From Burkholderiales bacterium (lineage in GTDB: Bacteria; Pseudomonadota; Gammaproteobacteria; Burkholderiales; SG8-41), in the NCBI GenBank assembly GCA_038144955.1, contig JAYQOT010000001.1, positions 37,812-101,811 of the forward strand: a DNA stretch of 64,000 bases. The letters are read 5' to 3'. Every line of letters begins with the position of its first letter. The first letter of the stretch is position 1. This document shows positions 9,522-22,157 of the stretch, piece after piece. Both the position numbers and the translations under genes were made by a program. A model generated the notes under the pieces. It saw only the letters and a list, made by a program, of their open reading frames with translations. It was not told where the DNA came from and did no database searches.

Positions 9522-11248
9522 AGCCCGAAGCGGATCGCAGCGCCGTACCAGGTTTGCCGCGCTGGCGCGCCAATCTTCTGCTGCTGGTGATTGCTGCCTG
9601 GTTCATCGGCCTCACCGGACGCGCGCTCTGGTTGCAGGCGATGAACAAGGATTTTCTGCAGCGCAAGGGCGAGTCGCGTTATTCGCGCGTCATCGAAATC
9701 GGTGCCAGCCGCGGCATGATCGTCGACCGCAACAACGAACCGCTGGCCATTTCGACTCCGGTGGAATCGGTGGCTGCCAGTCCGGCAGACGTCGAAGCCG
9801 AGCCTGGTGATATGCGGAAACTGGCAAAGTTGCTTGGTATCAGCAACGAGGAGTTGCGGTCGCGGCTTGCCGATACCAGTCGAAAACATGTTTACCTCAA
9901 GCGCCAGTTGCCGCCTGAGCAGGCCGAGCAGGTAGTCCAACTGGGCATTCCCGGCGTATTTCTGCAGCGCGAGCATCGTCGTTATTACCCTGCCGGCGAA
10001 GTGATGGCGCATGTGGTTGGATTTACCGGCGTGGACGACAAGGGTCAGGAGGCGCTGGAGCTGGCCTTCGAGGAAACCCTGGTCGGCAAGCCCGGTAGCC
10101 GCCGGGTGATCAAGGATCGCCTTGGACGCATTGTCGAGGACGTCGAGAGCATACGCGTGCCCCAGAACGGCCAGAAGCTCAAATTATCGATCGACGCACG
10201 CATCCAGTATCTGGCGTTCCGTGAGCTCAAGACGGCAGTGACAGCCAACCGCGCCAAGGCAGGCGGCATCGTTGTACTGGACGCAGAGAGCGGCGAAATT
10301 CTCGCCATGGCGAACCTGCCTACGTACAACCCGAACAATCGCAAATACGATGCACGGCGCACCCGCAATCGCGTCCTGACCGACCTGTTCGAGCCGGGGT
10401 CGACACTGAAACCCTTCACCGCAGCGGCGGCACTCGAGGCTGGGTTGTACAAGCCCGAGACCGTGATCCAGACTGCACCGGGGAAAATGACCATTGGCAA
10501 CCGCACCATACACGACGCCCATCCCCAGGGCGCGTTGACGGTGTCGCAGGTGATCCAGAAGTCCTCGAACGTGGGCACCGCGAAAATGGGTTTGGCGTTG
10601 CCCTCTGAAGTGTTGTGGAACGTATTCAACAGCGCGGGATTCGGCGTTTCGCCGCGAACGGGTTTTCCCGGTGAGGTATCGGGTCGTCTGCGGGCGTTCG
10701 GGACCTGGAAGCCGATCGAGCAGGCCACCATATCCTATGGCTACGGCATTTCCGTTTCGCTGCTGCAACTGGCGCGGTCATACACCGTTTTCGCGTCCGA
10801 CGGGATGCTGCGCCCGGTTACGCTGGTGGCAAGCGAAAAACCTGCGCCGGGTACGCGGGTGATTTCAGCTGATACTGCGCGCGCCGTCAGGCACATGCTT
10901 GAGCTCGCCACCCAGCCCGGCGGCACTGCCCCCGGCGCGCAGATACCCGGCTATACGGTGGCCGGAAAAACCGGAACTGCGCACAAGCTTGAAGGCAAGA
11001 GCTACGCCGCCAACCGTTACGTATCCTCTTTCGTCGGGCTGGCGCCCGCATCGCGCCCGCGGGTGGTGATTGCAGTAATGATCGACGAACCTTCGGCCGG
11101 TCAGTATTACGGCGGCGCAGTGGCGGCGCCGGTGTTCAGCCAGGTGGCTGCAGGGACATTGCGGATGCTCGGCGTTCCTCCCGACGCGCCGGGCAAACCC
11201 TCGGTTCTGGTGCCGGCAGAAGTACCGCTGGTCAGGGAGGAGGTGTGA
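9518..11248 (+). CDS. ftsI: peptidoglycan D,D-transpeptidase FtsI (PBP3)
   Basis: 576 aa. STLKP (SxxK), SSN and KTGT penicillin-binding motifs are all present. Confidence 0.95.
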   Translation: MKPEADRSAVPGLPRWRANLLLLVIAAWFIGLTGRALWLQAMNKDFLQRKGESRYSRVIEIGASRGMIVDRNNEPLAISTPVESVAASPADVEAEPGDMRKLAKLLGISNEELRSRLADTSRKHVYLKRQLPPEQAEQVVQLGIPGVFLQREHRRYYPAGEVMAHVVGFTGVDDKGQEALELAFEETLVGKPGSRRVIKDRLGRIVEDVESIRVPQNGQKLKLSIDARIQYLAFRELKTAVTANRAKAGGIVVLDAESGEILAMANLPTYNPNNRKYDARRTRNRVLTDLFEPGSTLKPFTAAAALEAGLYKPETVIQTAPGKMTIGNRTIHDAHPQGALTVSQVIQKSSNVGTAKMGLALPSEVLWNVFNSAGFGVSPRTGFPGEVSGRLRAFGTWKPIEQATISYGYGISVSLLQLARSYTVFASDGMLRPVTLVASEKPAPGTRVISADTARAVRHMLELATQPGGTAPGAQIPGYTVAGKTGTAHKLEGKSYAANRYVSSFVGLAPASRPRVVIAVMIDEPSAGQYYGGAVAAPVFSQVAAGTLRMLGVPPDAPGKPSVLVPAEVPLVREEV

Positions 11249-12720
11249 TGGGCGTCCGCCTGCAGGAGGTACATGCGGCGGTAAGTCGGCTTGGCATTCG
11301 CCGGCTTGCGGTCGATAGCCGCACGATCAGGCCTGGAGACACTTTCCTCGCCTATCCTGGCGAGTCACGCGACGGCCGGGATTTCATTACCCAGGCCATT
11401 GCTGCCGGCGCGACATCCGTGCTGTGGGACAGCGAACGTTTCGAGTGGAATCCCCGCTGGAAAGTTGCCAATGCCGGGATCAGGCATCTGCGGCGCAAAG
11501 CAGGCGAGATTGCCAGCGAGGTTTGTGGCAGGCCCAGTGCCCGGCTGTGGACCATCGGTGTTACAGGCACCAATGGCAAGACTTCATGCAGCCAGTGGAT
11601 TGCCCAATCCCTGACGCGGGTAAGGCGCAAATGCGCCGTGATCGGCACACTGGGCAGCGGTTTCCCCGGAAAGCTGGACGCTGCGATCAATACCACGCCT
11701 GATGCAGTCACGCTGCACCAGCGCATGCGCGGCATGGTGCGCGCCGGCGCCCGTGGAGTTTGCATGGAAGTGTCCTCGCACGGCCTGGCGCAGCACCGGT
11801 TGTCCGGCGTCGAGTTCGATGTCGCGCTGCTGACCAATCTGACCCGCGATCATCTCGATTACCACGGCACGATGCAGCGCTACAAGGCGGCGAAGGCACG
11901 GCTGTTTCGCTGGCCGACGCTTACCCATGCAGTGTTGAATCTGGATGACGATTTTGGACGCGAACTGGCGCGGCAGTGGACACATAACCGTGCCCGGCCA
12001 CTGGGCTACGGTTTCGAATTGCGCAAGACGCGTACGCGGGTGCCGACGGTCGAGGGGCGCAATCTGCGCATGGGCATTGACGGCCTGTCGTTTGACATTT
12101 CATCGCCCTGGGGGCGTGCTTCCCTGCGCAGCCCTCTGATCGGCAGTTTCAACGCCGCAAACCTGCTGGGTTCGCTGGCCACCCTGCTGGCCAGCGAGGT
12201 CAGCCTGGAGCATTCGGTTGCCGCACTGGAAAAGGTGGTTCCGGTTGCGGGGCGTACGGAACGGTACGGCGGCGGTTCGGCACCGCTGATCATCGTCGAT
12301 TACGCCCACACTCCCGACGCACTCGAGAAAGTGTTGCAGGCATTGCGCGCCGTTGCTGGACCGCGTGGACGTCTTTGCTGCGTGTTCGGTTGCGGCGGTG
12401 ACCGTGACCGGGGCAAGCGTCCTTTGATGGGCGCGGTGGCTTCACGCTACGCCGACCGGGTGATCATTACCAGCGACAATCCCCGCAGCGAAGATCCGGA
12501 GCGGATCATTGCCGACATCGCCGAGGGCGTGACCGGACAAAGCGAGCGCGTGACCAAGCGGCAGAGCGCGGTGCGCATGGCGGTGGCGGAAGCCCGGCGC
12601 GGCGACGTGGTGTTGATAGCCGGCAAAGGCCACGAGCGCTACCAGGAAATCCGCGGGGTCAGGCACCGTTACAGCGACTCCGCCGTGGTTCGCGCGGAAC
12701 TGGGCAGGAGAACAAGGTGA
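11245..12720 (+). CDS. murE: UDP-N-acetylmuramoyl-L-alanyl-D-glutamate--2,6-diaminopimelate ligase
   Basis: 491 aa. GVTGTNGKTS P-loop and the DNPR motif (TSDNPRSEDP) that marks mDAP-adding MurE. Confidence 0.95.
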   Translation: MMGVRLQEVHAAVSRLGIRRLAVDSRTIRPGDTFLAYPGESRDGRDFITQAIAAGATSVLWDSERFEWNPRWKVANAGIRHLRRKAGEIASEVCGRPSARLWTIGVTGTNGKTSCSQWIAQSLTRVRRKCAVIGTLGSGFPGKLDAAINTTPDAVTLHQRMRGMVRAGARGVCMEVSSHGLAQHRLSGVEFDVALLTNLTRDHLDYHGTMQRYKAAKARLFRWPTLTHAVLNLDDDFGRELARQWTHNRARPLGYGFELRKTRTRVPTVEGRNLRMGIDGLSFDISSPWGRASLRSPLIGSFNAANLLGSLATLLASEVSLEHSVAALEKVVPVAGRTERYGGGSAPLIIVDYAHTPDALEKVLQALRAVAGPRGRLCCVFGCGGDRDRGKRPLMGAVASRYADRVIITSDNPRSEDPERIIADIAEGVTGQSERVTKRQSAVRMAVAEARRGDVVLIAGKGHERYQEIRGVRHRYSDSAVVRAELGRRTR

Positions 12721-14096
12721 TGAGTCTGGCCCAGGCGGTGGAGGCAATCGGCGGCGGAATGAACGGTGCTGACGTGCGGTTCGAGCGCGTCTGCACCGAC
12801 AGCCGGACGGTCGGTCGCGGCGACCTGTTTGTCGCACTCAGGGGCGAGAACCACGACGGGCACCGTTTTGTCGGCCAGGCGGTTGCCGCCGGCGCCGTTG
12901 CCGCCATCATCGACCGCGCCGGCAAGTCAACGATACCGGCTGCGGTTCCGCATGCGGTGGTTGACAACACCACCATTGCTCTCGGCAGCCTTGCGGCGCA
13001 CTGGCGGCGCCGGTTTGTCATCCCGGTGATCGCCGTCGTCGGCTCAAACGGGAAAACCACTGTCAAGGAGATGATCGCGGCCTGCCTGCGCGCGCATTTC
13101 GGGGATGACGGCGTGCATTGCACCCGGGGTAACCTCAACAACCACATCGGTGTGCCGCTGACGTTGCTGTCGCTGCGTCCTGCGCATCGCGTATCGGTGG
13201 TCGAAATCGGCATGAATCATCCCGGAGAAACCCGGGAACTTGCACGACTGGTCGCGCCGACCGTTGCCGTCATCAACAATGCGCAGCGTGAACACCAGGA
13301 GTTCATGCGTTCGGTTGCGGATGTTGCGGAAGAGCATGCAGACCTGATCCGGGCATTGTCGGGACAGGGTATCGCCGTATTCAACGCTGATGATACCCAT
13401 GCCGATATCTGGCGTGCCGCGGCCGGCAAACACGCGGTACGGGATTTCGGGTTGACGAACAGTGCGCGAGTTCATGCGCGAGCTGAGCTTAAACCAGCGG
13501 CATCGGCAATTACGGCAATCACGCCGGAAGGCGGTGCCCAATTCGAACTGCCGCTGGCCGGGGAGCACAACGTGCGCAATGCCCTGGCGGCAATTGCAGC
13601 TGCCACCGCAGCCGGTGCAACCCCGCAAGACTGTGCCAGGGCGCTGGCCGGATTTGCCGCCGTCAAGGGCAGGCTGCAGGTCAAGGCGGGTCGCAACGGC
13701 GCGACGCTGATTGACGATACCTATAACGCGAATCCTGATTCGGTGCGGGCCGCGATCGATGTGCTGGCGAAGTTGGGCGGCCGCAGGATCCTGATATTGG
13801 GTGACATGGGCGAGGTCGGCGAGCAGGGAGCGGCGTTTCACCGCGAGATGGGCGAGTACGCGCGTGGCGCCGGCATTGATGCGATGTTCGCCACCGGCGA
13901 GCAGTCTGTTCACGCAGTGCGTGCGTTTGGCGCCGGCGCAAGGCATTACCCGCAAGTGGAGAAATTGCTGGCGGATGTGCAGGATGCGCTCGCTCCGCGG
14001 ACCACGGTACTGGTCAAAGGATCGCGCTTCATGCGGATGGAGCGGGTAGTCGAAGGGTGTGAGCACCGGAATGCGGAGGGCAGTCGATGCTGCTGA
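12717..14096 (+). CDS. murF: UDP-N-acetylmuramoyl-tripeptide--D-alanyl-D-alanine ligase
   Basis: 459 aa. [10 protein letters not shown]-loop. Positioned between murE and mraY. Confidence 0.95.
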   Translation: MMSLAQAVEAIGGGMNGADVRFERVCTDSRTVGRGDLFVALRGENHDGHRFVGQAVAAGAVAAIIDRAGKSTIPAAVPHAVVDNTTIALGSLAAHWRRRFVIPVIAVVGSNGKTTVKEMIAACLRAHFGDDGVHCTRGNLNNHIGVPLTLLSLRPAHRVSVVEIGMNHPGETRELARLVAPTVAVINNAQREHQEFMRSVADVAEEHADLIRALSGQGIAVFNADDTHADIWRAAAGKHAVRDFGLTNSARVHARAELKPAASAITAITPEGGAQFELPLAGEHNVRNALAAIAAATAAGATPQDCARALAGFAAVKGRLQVKAGRNGATLIDDTYNANPDSVRAAIDVLAKLGGRRILILGDMGEVGEQGAAFHREMGEYARGAGIDAMFATGEQSVHAVRAFGAGARHYPQVEKLLADVQDALAPRTTVLVKGSRFMRMERVVEGCEHRNAEGSRCC

Positions 14097-15172
14097 TTCT
14101 CTCGCAATGGCTGGAGCAGTATGTCCGAGCTTTCAATGTGTTCGGCTACCTCACGCTGCGGGCGGTGCTGGCCTGCCTGACGGCGCTGATCATCTCCTTT
14201 GTCGTCGGTCCGGCACTGATCCGCAAGCTCACCGCGTACAAGATCGGCCAGGCCGTGCGTGACGACGGGCCGCAGACCCACCTGGTCAAGGCAGGAACAC
14301 CGACGATGGGCGGCGCGCTGATACTTGTCGCGATACTCGTCACCACGCTGCTGTGGGCCGACCTGCAGAACCGGTTTGTCTGGATAGTGCTTGCAGTGAC
14401 CGCCGGTTTCGGCGCCATCGGCTGGGTCGACGATTACCGCAAGGTGGTCCATCGCAATCCGAAAGGGCTTTCAGCGAAGGCCAAGCTGTTCTGGCAGTCG
14501 GTGATCGGGCTGAGCGCGGCCATTTTCATTGCCTATTCGTCCAATCTGCCGGCGCAAACGGCTTTCATCGTGCCTTTCTTCAAGCAGGTTGCGTATCCGC
14601 TGGGCGCGGTCGGGTTCATCGTCATGACTTACTTCGTGATCGTCGGCACCAGCAATGCCGTCAACCTGACCGATGGACTCGACGGGCTGGCGATCATGCC
14701 GACGGTGATGATCGGCAGCGCATTGGGAATTTTTGCCTACGTCGCCGGCAACGTCGTTTTCGCCAAGTATCTCGGGTTTCCGTACATCCCGGGCGCCGGC
14801 GAATTGACCGTGATCTGCGGCGCCATCGCCGGTGCAGGACTGGCGTTCCTCTGGTTCAACGCCTACCCGGCAGAGGTGTTCATGGGCGATGTCGGCGCAC
14901 TGGCGCTGGGTGCTGCGCTGGGCACGATCGCCGTGATCGTGCGCCAGGAAATCGTGCTCTTCATCATGGGTGGCGTGTTCGTTGTCGAAACCCTGTCGGT
15001 GATGCTGCAGGTGGCTTCGTTCAAGCTCACCGGCAAGCGGATATTCCGCATGGCGCCGCTGCACCATCACTACGAATTGAAGGGCTGGAAAGAGAATCAG
15101 GTCGTTGTCAGGTTCTGGATCATCACGATGATGCTGGTTCTGGTGGGGCTTTCAACATTGAAGCTCAGATGA
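14087..15172 (+). CDS. mraY: phospho-N-acetylmuramoyl-pentapeptide transferase
   Basis: 361 aa polytopic membrane protein. [13 protein letters not shown] and the HHHYE motif ([11 protein letters not shown]) are present. Confidence 0.95.
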   Translation: MLLILSQWLEQYVRAFNVFGYLTLRAVLACLTALIISFVVGPALIRKLTAYKIGQAVRDDGPQTHLVKAGTPTMGGALILVAILVTTLLWADLQNRFVWIVLAVTAGFGAIGWVDDYRKVVHRNPKGLSAKAKLFWQSVIGLSAAIFIAYSSNLPAQTAFIVPFFKQVAYPLGAVGFIVMTYFVIVGTSNAVNLTDGLDGLAIMPTVMIGSALGIFAYVAGNVVFAKYLGFPYIPGAGELTVICGAIAGAGLAFLWFNAYPAEVFMGDVGALALGAALGTIAVIVRQEIVLFIMGGVFVVETLSVMLQVASFKLTGKRIFRMAPLHHHYELKGWKENQVVVRFWIITMMLVLVGLSTLKLR

Positions 15173-15275
15173 GATGCGGATTGACGCGCGCACATGCCGA
15201 CTTGCAGGGCGGTATTTCCGGCCCGGGCGGAAAACGCACGGTTGCGTTCGCCATGGCGGCAGGAAGCGGCGACTG

Positions 15276-16643
15276 ATGCGTGCGCTCAAGGGGGCCCGCG
15301 TGGTCGTGATCGGTCTCGGGGACTCCGGGATGTCGATGGTCCGCTGGGCCAGTCGTCACGGTGCGCGGGTAAGCGGAACCGATACCCGGACAGTGCCGCC
15401 ATCTGCAGAACGATTGAGAAGCGAATTTCCTGACATGCCGTTGGCACTGGGTGTGGCACCCGATAACGAGATCGCCTGCGCCGACATCGTGGCGGTGAGT
15501 CCTGGCGTTGACCGGCGCGGCGGGGCGATCGCGGAGGCGGCACGGCGCGGAGTGCCGGTCGTGGGCGACATCGAGTTGTTTGCGCAGGCCCTTGCAACAC
15601 GCAATGATGCGCCGCCGGTAGTCGCGATAACCGGATCCAACGGCAAGAGTACGGTGACTGCCATGGCCGGGGCGATCTGCGAGGCCGGCGGATTGCGGCC
15701 GCTGGTGGCGGGCAATATCGGGCTGCCTGTGCTTGATGCATGGTCCGGAATCGAAGATGGGGCGGCGATGCCCGGTGCCGTCGTGCTCGAGCTGTCGAGC
15801 TTCCAGCTGGAAAGCACCATTTCATTGCGGCCGCGCGCGGCCACGGTCCTCAACGTGACCGAGGATCATCTCGACCGTTACAGCGGCCTTGCCGAATATT
15901 CCGCGGCGAAGCAGCGGATTTTTGCCGGCGATGGCCTGCAAGTCATCAACCGCGATGACCGCTGGAGCGCGGGCATGGCAGTGAGCGGACGGGGCGTGGT
16001 GAGCTTTGGCCTCGGCTTGCCGCCGACAGAAAACGACTGGGGCGTGGATGAACGGGCGACGCTGATGCGCGGTTCGTTCGGAATGGCTGCGATGGACAGC
16101 CTGCGCGTCACTGGTCTGCACAACGCCGCCAATGCGCTCGCGGCGGGGGCGTTATGCCGCGCGCTGAATGTGTCCGATACCGACATCGTGAGCGGCTGGC
16201 AGGCATTCGACGGATTACCGCACCGCGTAAAAAACATCAATACAATCAATAAGATATCATTCTACGACGACTCCAAGGGTACCAATGTCGGCGCCACAGT
16301 GGCGGCACTCACCGGGATGCCATGTCCGGTAGTGCTGATCGCTGGTGGGGATGGCAAGGGACAGGATTTTTCCCCGCTGGCCGCAGCCGTTCGCGGCAAA
16401 GCGCGTGCCGTGGTGCTCATCGGTCGCGATGGAGCGCGCATTGCTGGTGCCATAGGTGACGCGGCACCCGTGGTGCACGCGGCGGACATGAATGCTGCTG
16501 TTGAAAGCGCCTATGCGGCAGCCAGGGCCGGTGACGCCGTGCTGCTGTCCCCTGCCTGCGCCAGTTACGACATGTTCCGCAATTACATACACCGTGCAGA
16601 ACAGTTTGCGGCAGCGGTGGAACGGCTGCGGAGGCGCTCATGA
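15276..16643 (+). CDS. murD: UDP-N-acetylmuramoylalanine--D-glutamate ligase
   Basis: In-frame part of ORF 15174..16643. ATG at 15276 gives [18 protein letters not shown] (Rossmann N-terminus). [10 protein letters not shown]-loop is present. Confidence 0.9.
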   Translation: MRALKGARVVVIGLGDSGMSMVRWASRHGARVSGTDTRTVPPSAERLRSEFPDMPLALGVAPDNEIACADIVAVSPGVDRRGGAIAEAARRGVPVVGDIELFAQALATRNDAPPVVAITGSNGKSTVTAMAGAICEAGGLRPLVAGNIGLPVLDAWSGIEDGAAMPGAVVLELSSFQLESTISLRPRAATVLNVTEDHLDRYSGLAEYSAAKQRIFAGDGLQVINRDDRWSAGMAVSGRGVVSFGLGLPPTENDWGVDERATLMRGSFGMAAMDSLRVTGLHNAANALAAGALCRALNVSDTDIVSGWQAFDGLPHRVKNINTINKISFYDDSKGTNVGATVAALTGMPCPVVLIAGGDGKGQDFSPLAAAVRGKARAVVLIGRDGARIAGAIGDAAPVVHAADMNAAVESAYAAARAGDAVLLSPACASYDMFRNYIHRAEQFAAAVERLRRRS

Positions 16644-17806
16644 GCCGGTATTCCGCAGCGGTCAGCCCGCGCCTCTTGGATGTCGAATACGACAGCGCGT
16701 TGATCTGGGTCACCCTGCTGTTGCTGTCGTTCGGACTGGTGATGGTTTATTCGGCATCGATAGCCATAGCCGAGGCCGGCCGCAGTAGCGGCGGCAATCC
16801 GGCTCACTTCCTGGTCCGGCATGGCCTGTTCATCCTGATCAGTCTTTTTTCTGCGGCCATGGTGTTCCAGGTACCGCTGCGCCTGTGGCAGCAGGCGGCG
16901 CCATTCCTGTTCATGGCCGGCCTGGTGCTGCTGGTCCTGGTTCTGCTGCCGGGCATCGGTCGGGAAGTGAACGGCAGCCGGCGCTGGCTGTCGCTGTTCG
17001 TCGTCAATCTCCAGCCTTCGGAACTGATGAAGCTGTGCGCCGTGCTCTATGCGGCTGACTATACCGTCCGCAAGGCGGCGCACATGCACAGTCTGAGCAA
17101 GGGTTTCATGCCGATGTTTTGCGTCATGCTGCTCACCGGTGCATTGTTGTTGCTCGAACCTGATTTCGGCGCGTTTGCAGTAATCACCGTCATTGCGATG
17201 AGCATGCTTTTCCTCGGCGGCATGAACTGGCGCCTGTTCGCCGGCCTGATCGTGATGCTTCTCTGCGGGTTCCTGCTGCTGATCTGGACCAGCCCCTATC
17301 GCATGCAGCGCGTGATCGGCTTCATGGATCCCTGGGCTGATCCCTATGGCAAGGGCTACCAGTTGTCCCATGCGCTGATCGCGTTCGGCCGCGGCGAATG
17401 GTTCGGCGTAGGTCTCGGTGCGAGTGTCGAAAAACTGTTTTACCTGCCTGAGGCACACACCGATTTCCTGCTGGCCGTGATCGCTGAAGAGCTGGGATTT
17501 GCCGGCGTTGCGACACTGGCCATGCTGTTTGGCTGGATCGTGTGGCGGGCTTTCGCCATTGGCCGGCGAGCCGCCGATCTCGAGAGGCCGTTTGCGGCGC
17601 TGGTGGCACAGGGCATCGGTCTGTGGATCGGTGTACAGGCCATTATCAACATGGGCGTCAACATGGGCATATTGCCGACCAAAGGGCTGACCTTGCCGCT
17701 GTTGTCATTCGGCGGCAGTGCAATCCTGGTGACCTGCTGTGCACTGGCGATACTGCTGCGTGTGGACTGGGAGAACCGGCAACAGATGCGGGGGTTCGCC
17801 GTATGA
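16640..17806 (+). CDS. ftsW: SEDS-family peptidoglycan glycosyltransferase FtsW
   Basis: 388 aa polytopic membrane protein between murD and murG. Start overlaps the murD stop. Confidence 0.9.
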   Translation: MSRYSAAVSPRLLDVEYDSALIWVTLLLLSFGLVMVYSASIAIAEAGRSSGGNPAHFLVRHGLFILISLFSAAMVFQVPLRLWQQAAPFLFMAGLVLLVLVLLPGIGREVNGSRRWLSLFVVNLQPSELMKLCAVLYAADYTVRKAAHMHSLSKGFMPMFCVMLLTGALLLLEPDFGAFAVITVIAMSMLFLGGMNWRLFAGLIVMLLCGFLLLIWTSPYRMQRVIGFMDPWADPYGKGYQLSHALIAFGRGEWFGVGLGASVEKLFYLPEAHTDFLLAVIAEELGFAGVATLAMLFGWIVWRAFAIGRRAADLERPFAALVAQGIGLWIGVQAIINMGVNMGILPTKGLTLPLLSFGGSAILVTCCALAILLRVDWENRQQMRGFAV

Positions 17807-18876
17807 AGCGCACCCTGCTGGTCATGGCTGGCGGCACCGGAGGACACATCTTTCCGGCACTGGCGGTTGCCGACGTACTGCGCGCGAAGGGCTGGGAGGT
17901 GGTGTGGCTGGGCGCACGAGGCGGCATGGAGGAGCGGCTGATTCCGCCCCGGGGTTACCCGACGGTGTGGATCCGTTTCGGTGGCGTGCGCGGCAAAGGC
18001 TGGCTGCGCAAGCTGTTGTTGCCAACCGCACTGCTGGTGGCGTTCTGGCAAAGTGCGGCGGCCATCCTCCGCCATCGGCCCGATGTGGTGCTGGGCATGG
18101 GGGGATATGCGGCATTTCCCGGCGGCATGATGGCTGCGTTCTTCGGTCGGCCGCTGGTGATTCATGAACAGAATGCGGTGCCGGGAATGGCGAACAGGGT
18201 CCTGGCCGGGGTCGCAGACCGGGTGCTTTCGGCGTTTCCGGATGCATTTCGCGGCCGGGTGGATGTGGTCTGGTCGGGCAATCCGGTGCGGGAAGACATC
18301 GTCCGGCTCTCGCCTCCGGAGTCGCGTTTCGCCAATCGCAGCGGACCGCTGCAGCTTTTCATAGTCGGCGGCAGCCTCGGGGCCAAGGCCTTGAACGAAA
18401 CCGTGCCGCAGGCACTCGCTCTGATTGCCGCAGCGGAACGGCCGCTGGTCACGCACCAGGCCGGAGAGGCGCATGTCGAAGCCTTGCGCAGGACCTACCG
18501 CGAAGCAGGGGTGGATGCCGAGGTTCTGGCTTTCATTGACGACATGGCTGCGCGATACGGCAAGGCAGACCTGATCATTTCGCGCGCAGGAGCGACCACG
18601 GTAACCGAGCTTGCGGTGGCGGGCGTGGGCAGCATACTCATTCCGTTTCCTCATGCGGTTGACGACCATCAGACCCGCAACGCGCGGTATCTCGCCGACC
18701 GCGGCGCTGCGCTGCTGGTGCCTCAGGGCGAACTTACCCCGCAATCGTTGGCCGAGGTGCTGCGCGGGCTGACGCGGCAGAAACTGATGGACATGGCGCG
18801 CGCAGCGCGTGCACTCGGCAAACCCGAGGCGGCGCAAAAAGTGGCGGATCTTTGCATGGAGCTCGCGCCGGCATGA
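17803..18876 (+). CDS. murG: undecaprenyldiphospho-muramoylpentapeptide beta-N-acetylglucosaminyltransferase
   Basis: In-frame part of ORF 17542..18876. ATG at 17803 overlaps the ftsW stop (ATGA). N-terminus [23 protein letters not shown]. Confidence 0.95.
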   Translation: MKRTLLVMAGGTGGHIFPALAVADVLRAKGWEVVWLGARGGMEERLIPPRGYPTVWIRFGGVRGKGWLRKLLLPTALLVAFWQSAAAILRHRPDVVLGMGGYAAFPGGMMAAFFGRPLVIHEQNAVPGMANRVLAGVADRVLSAFPDAFRGRVDVVWSGNPVREDIVRLSPPESRFANRSGPLQLFIVGGSLGAKALNETVPQALALIAAAERPLVTHQAGEAHVEALRRTYREAGVDAEVLAFIDDMAARYGKADLIISRAGATTVTELAVAGVGSILIPFPHAVDDHQTRNARYLADRGAALLVPQGELTPQSLAEVLRGLTRQKLMDMARAARALGKPEAAQKVADLCMELAPA

Positions 18877-20270
18877 GACACAAGGTGCGAAACGTGCATT
18901 TTGTCGGTATCGGCGGCGCCGGGATGAGCGGCATTGCCGAGGTTCTGCTCAATCTGGGTTATGCGGTCAGCGGGTCCGACCTGAATGAGACCAACGCCAC
19001 ACGTCGTCTGACGGGAATGGGCGCCCGGGTTCATGTTGGCCATGCCCCCGAGCATGTCAGCGCGGCTGATGTGGTGGTGATTTCCAGTGCGGTCAAGGCG
19101 GACAACCCCGAAGTCCTGGCGGCGAGGAGTCGCAGCATTCCAGTGGTCCCGCGCGCGTTGATGCTGGCCGAATTGATGCGGCTGAAGCAGGGCATCGCGG
19201 TGGCAGGCACCCACGGCAAAACCACGACGACCAGCCTGGCCGCCAGTGTGCTGGCCGAGGGCGGACTTGACCCCACGTTCGTGATCGGGGGGCGGCTGGA
19301 AAGTGCCGGTGCCCACGCTCGCCTGGGCGCCGGGGAATTCATCGTTGCCGAGGCTGACGAGTCGGATGCCTCATTCCTGCATCTGCAGCCGGTGATTTCG
19401 GTGGTCACCAATATCGATGCCGATCACATGGAGACCTACGGACATTCGCTGGACAGGCTGAAACAGGCGTTTGTCGATTTTGTCGAAGGATTGCCGTTCT
19501 ACGGGGTGGCAGTGCTGTGCAATGACGATCCCAACGTGCGGTCCATCATGCCGCGTCTGACCCGAACCATGGTGACCTATGGAGTGGGGGAAGGAGCACA
19601 AATTCGAGCCACTGCGGTGACTGCTGCTGCAGGACGCATGCGTTTCCGGGTCCAGCGCAAAAACGGCAAGCGCCTGCCCGATCTCGACATCACACTCAAT
19701 CTGGCCGGCATGCACAACGTGCTCAACGCGTTGGCTGCGATTGCGGTGGGCATGGAAGTCGGGGTTGCGGACGAAAAGATCGTCAAGGCGCTCGACGAAT
19801 TCAAGGGTGTGGGAAGGCGCTTCCAGCGCTACCCGCCGGTGCGCGCGGAAGGCGGCGGTTTTTTTGATCTGATCGACGATTATGGTCATCACCCGGTGGA
19901 AATGGCTGCAACCATTGCCGCGGCAAGAGGGGCATTCCCGGGGCGCAGGCTGGTGCTGGCCTTTCAGCCCCATCGTTATTCGCGGACGCGTGACTGTTTC
20001 GAGGATTTTGCCCGGGTGCTTTCGACGGTGGATGCATTGCTGCTGACGGAGGTGTATGCCGCGGGCGAGATGCCCATCGTGGCGGCGGATGGCCGTGCGC
20101 TGGCTCGTGCGGTGCGCGTGCTCGGCAAGGTGGAGCCGGTATTCGTGGAGCAGGTGGACGATCTGCCTTCGGCCATTCGTGGCACGGCGCGCGACGGCGA
20201 TGTGGTGCTCGCGATGGGTGCTGGCTCGATAGGCACTGTCGCCGGAAAGCTGGCGCAGGGGGATGCATGA
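18873..20270 (+). CDS. murC: UDP-N-acetylmuramate--L-alanine ligase
   Basis: In-frame part of ORF 18852..20270. ATG at 18873 overlaps the murG stop. [14 protein letters not shown] and [10 protein letters not shown] motifs are present. Confidence 0.95.
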   Translation: MRHKVRNVHFVGIGGAGMSGIAEVLLNLGYAVSGSDLNETNATRRLTGMGARVHVGHAPEHVSAADVVVISSAVKADNPEVLAARSRSIPVVPRALMLAELMRLKQGIAVAGTHGKTTTTSLAASVLAEGGLDPTFVIGGRLESAGAHARLGAGEFIVAEADESDASFLHLQPVISVVTNIDADHMETYGHSLDRLKQAFVDFVEGLPFYGVAVLCNDDPNVRSIMPRLTRTMVTYGVGEGAQIRATAVTAAAGRMRFRVQRKNGKRLPDLDITLNLAGMHNVLNALAAIAVGMEVGVADEKIVKALDEFKGVGRRFQRYPPVRAEGGGFFDLIDDYGHHPVEMAATIAAARGAFPGRRLVLAFQPHRYSRTRDCFEDFARVLSTVDALLLTEVYAAGEMPIVAADGRALARAVRVLGKVEPVFVEQVDDLPSAIRGTARDGDVVLAMGAGSIGTVAGKLAQGDA

Positions 20271-21249
20271 GCACGGGACCGACATGGACATGAGCGAATT
20301 GAAAAATATTCCCGCCGGAGAATTGCGCGGCAAGCTCATCCGTGATGAGTCGATGGCGCGTCATGTCAGCTGGCGCGCGGGCGGCAGGGCGCGCCAGGCC
20401 TACATGCCGGCAGACCTGGACGACATGGCGGCGTTTCTTCGCGGATTGCCTGGCGATGAGCCGGTGTGCATGGTGGGACTGGGCAGCAATCTGCTGGTGC
20501 GTGACGGCGGGTTCGAGGGTACGGTCATCTTCACCCACTGGGCTCTGCGGGATCTGCAGGTATCGCGCAGCGGCTCATCCGGCGGCGAAATCCGGGCACA
20601 GGCCGGAGTCGCGTGCCCCAAGGTGGCGCGCACGGCTGCACTCAATGATCTTGCCGGCGCGGAATTCCTTGCCGGCATACCCGGGACCATCGGCGGGGCG
20701 CTGGCGATGAACGCCGGCTGTTACGGAGGCGAAACCTGGAATCTGGTCGCGCAGGTAGAGACCATCGACCGCGGCGGAATGATTCGTGTCCGTACTCCCC
20801 GCCATTACCACATTGCCTATCGCAGCGTGCAGGCACGCAGCCGCCAGCTGTCGAGCGTGTCGGGTGCCGGTCTCGACGGCGACGAGGAATGGTTCGTGTC
20901 GGCCACGTTCAGGATGGAGCATGGTGACGGCGCCCGTTCACGGATGGAAATCAAATCGCTGCTTTCCCGGCGCATAGCCGCTCAGCCGCTGGGCATTCCC
21001 AACGCCGGATCCGTCTTTCGCAATCCGGATGGCGATCACGCGGCCCGGCTGATCGAGGCATGCGGCCTCAAGGGTACGAAAATCGGCGGCGCTTCAATTT
21101 CCGTGAAACATGCCAATTTCATAGTCAACGACGATGGCGCAACCGCTGCCGATATCGAGGCGCTGGTCGAATTGGCGCAATCCGCCGTGCAGCAGCGATT
21201 CGGCATAGCGCTGGAGCGCGAAGTGCGCATTATCGGAGTGGGCGCATGA
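20263..21249 (+). CDS. murB: UDP-N-acetylenolpyruvoylglucosamine reductase
   Basis: 328 aa. FAD-binding PCMH-type domain ([10 protein letters not shown]). Start is uncertain; in-frame ATGs also occur at 20284 and 20290. Confidence 0.9.
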   Translation: MHEHGTDMDMSELKNIPAGELRGKLIRDESMARHVSWRAGGRARQAYMPADLDDMAAFLRGLPGDEPVCMVGLGSNLLVRDGGFEGTVIFTHWALRDLQVSRSGSSGGEIRAQAGVACPKVARTAALNDLAGAEFLAGIPGTIGGALAMNAGCYGGETWNLVAQVETIDRGGMIRVRTPRHYHIAYRSVQARSRQLSSVSGAGLDGDEEWFVSATFRMEHGDGARSRMEIKSLLSRRIAAQPLGIPNAGSVFRNPDGDHAARLIEACGLKGTKIGGASISVKHANFIVNDDGATAADIEALVELAQSAVQQRFGIALEREVRIIGVGA

Positions 21250-22157
21250 GCGGATTCGGAAAAATCGCGGTACTGATGGGCGGTCGCAGCGCTGAGCGGG
21301 AAATATCCCTGATGAGCGGCGGCAACGTGCTTGAGGCATTGCGATCCTCCGGCCTTGACGCCCATGCCTTCGATCCGGCCGAACGCGAGATTTTCGATCT
21401 CGGGAGGGAGGGGTACGAGCGGGTATTCATCACCCTGCACGGAAGATACGGCGAAGACGGTACCGTACAGGGTGCGCTGGAATTGATGGGTATTCCTTAC
21501 ACCGGCAGCGGGGTCATGGCTTCGGCGCTGGCGATGGATAAAGTGCGCACCAAGCTGGTGTGGCAGGCGGCGGGCATACCGACCCCCCGTAGTGAATCGA
21601 TAAATGCCGGCAGTGACTGGGACGGTGTTGCCAGGCGCCTAGGGCTGCCGCTGATCGTCAAGCCGGTGCGCGAGGGTTCAACCATTGGCCTCACTAAAGT
21701 CAAAGCGGTTGCTGAACTCGAGGTGGCACATGCCCAGGCTGCACGCCATGACCCGATGGTCATGGCGGAGGAATTCATCGCCGGGGACGAGTTGACAGGG
21801 GCCTTTCTGGGCGATCAGCCGTTGCCGCTGATCCGCATCGAGGCACCGCAAGGAAATTACGACTACCAGAACAAGTATTTCAGCGACGAGACCAAATACC
21901 ACTGTCCCTGCGGGCTTCCCGAGGCCGAGGAAATGCGCATCCGCGAAATGGTGATGAAGAGCGCGCAGGTGCTGGGCTGCGAAGGCTGGGGGCGTGCAGA
22001 TCTGATTCGCCGGCCGGACGGCAGTGTGCAGTTTCTTGAAATGAACACTTCACCGGGTATGACTGGTCACAGCCTGGTGCCGATGGCTGCCCGACAGGCG
22101 GGGCTGTCTTTCAACAGTCTGGTAATGCGGATACTGGAGCTCGCCCATGTGGGATAA
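21246..22157 (+). CDS. ddl: D-alanine--D-alanine ligase
   Basis: In-frame part of ORF 21060..22157. ATG at 21246 overlaps the murB stop. N-terminus [25 protein letters not shown], followed by an ATP-grasp domain. Confidence 0.95.
   Translation: MSGFGKIAVLMGGRSAEREISLMSGGNVLEALRSSGLDAHAFDPAEREIFDLGREGYERVFITLHGRYGEDGTVQGALELMGIPYTGSGVMASALAMDKVRTKLVWQAAGIPTPRSESINAGSDWDGVARRLGLPLIVKPVREGSTIGLTKVKAVAELEVAHAQAARHDPMVMAEEFIAGDELTGAFLGDQPLPLIRIEAPQGNYDYQNKYFSDETKYHCPCGLPEAEEMRIREMVMKSAQVLGCEGWGRADLIRRPDGSVQFLEMNTSPGMTGHSLVPMAARQAGLSFNSLVMRILELAHVG

Noticed and set aside
15174-15275. Extended MurD N-terminus from the ORF-track start
   Set aside because: The sequence MRIDARTCRLAGRYFRPGRKTHGCVRHGGRKRRL is unlike any Mur ligase. 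The Rossmann N-terminus begins at the ATG at 15276.
17440-18837. 465-aa minus-strand ORF opposite ftsW/murG. Similar cases: 9050..10012, 13044..14066, 19371..20339 and 24187..25611 (opposite ftsZ)
   Set aside because: All are antisense to dcw genes whose products carry unambiguous motifs. The translations are Arg/His-rich and repetitive, with no start context. They are GC-bias artefacts.
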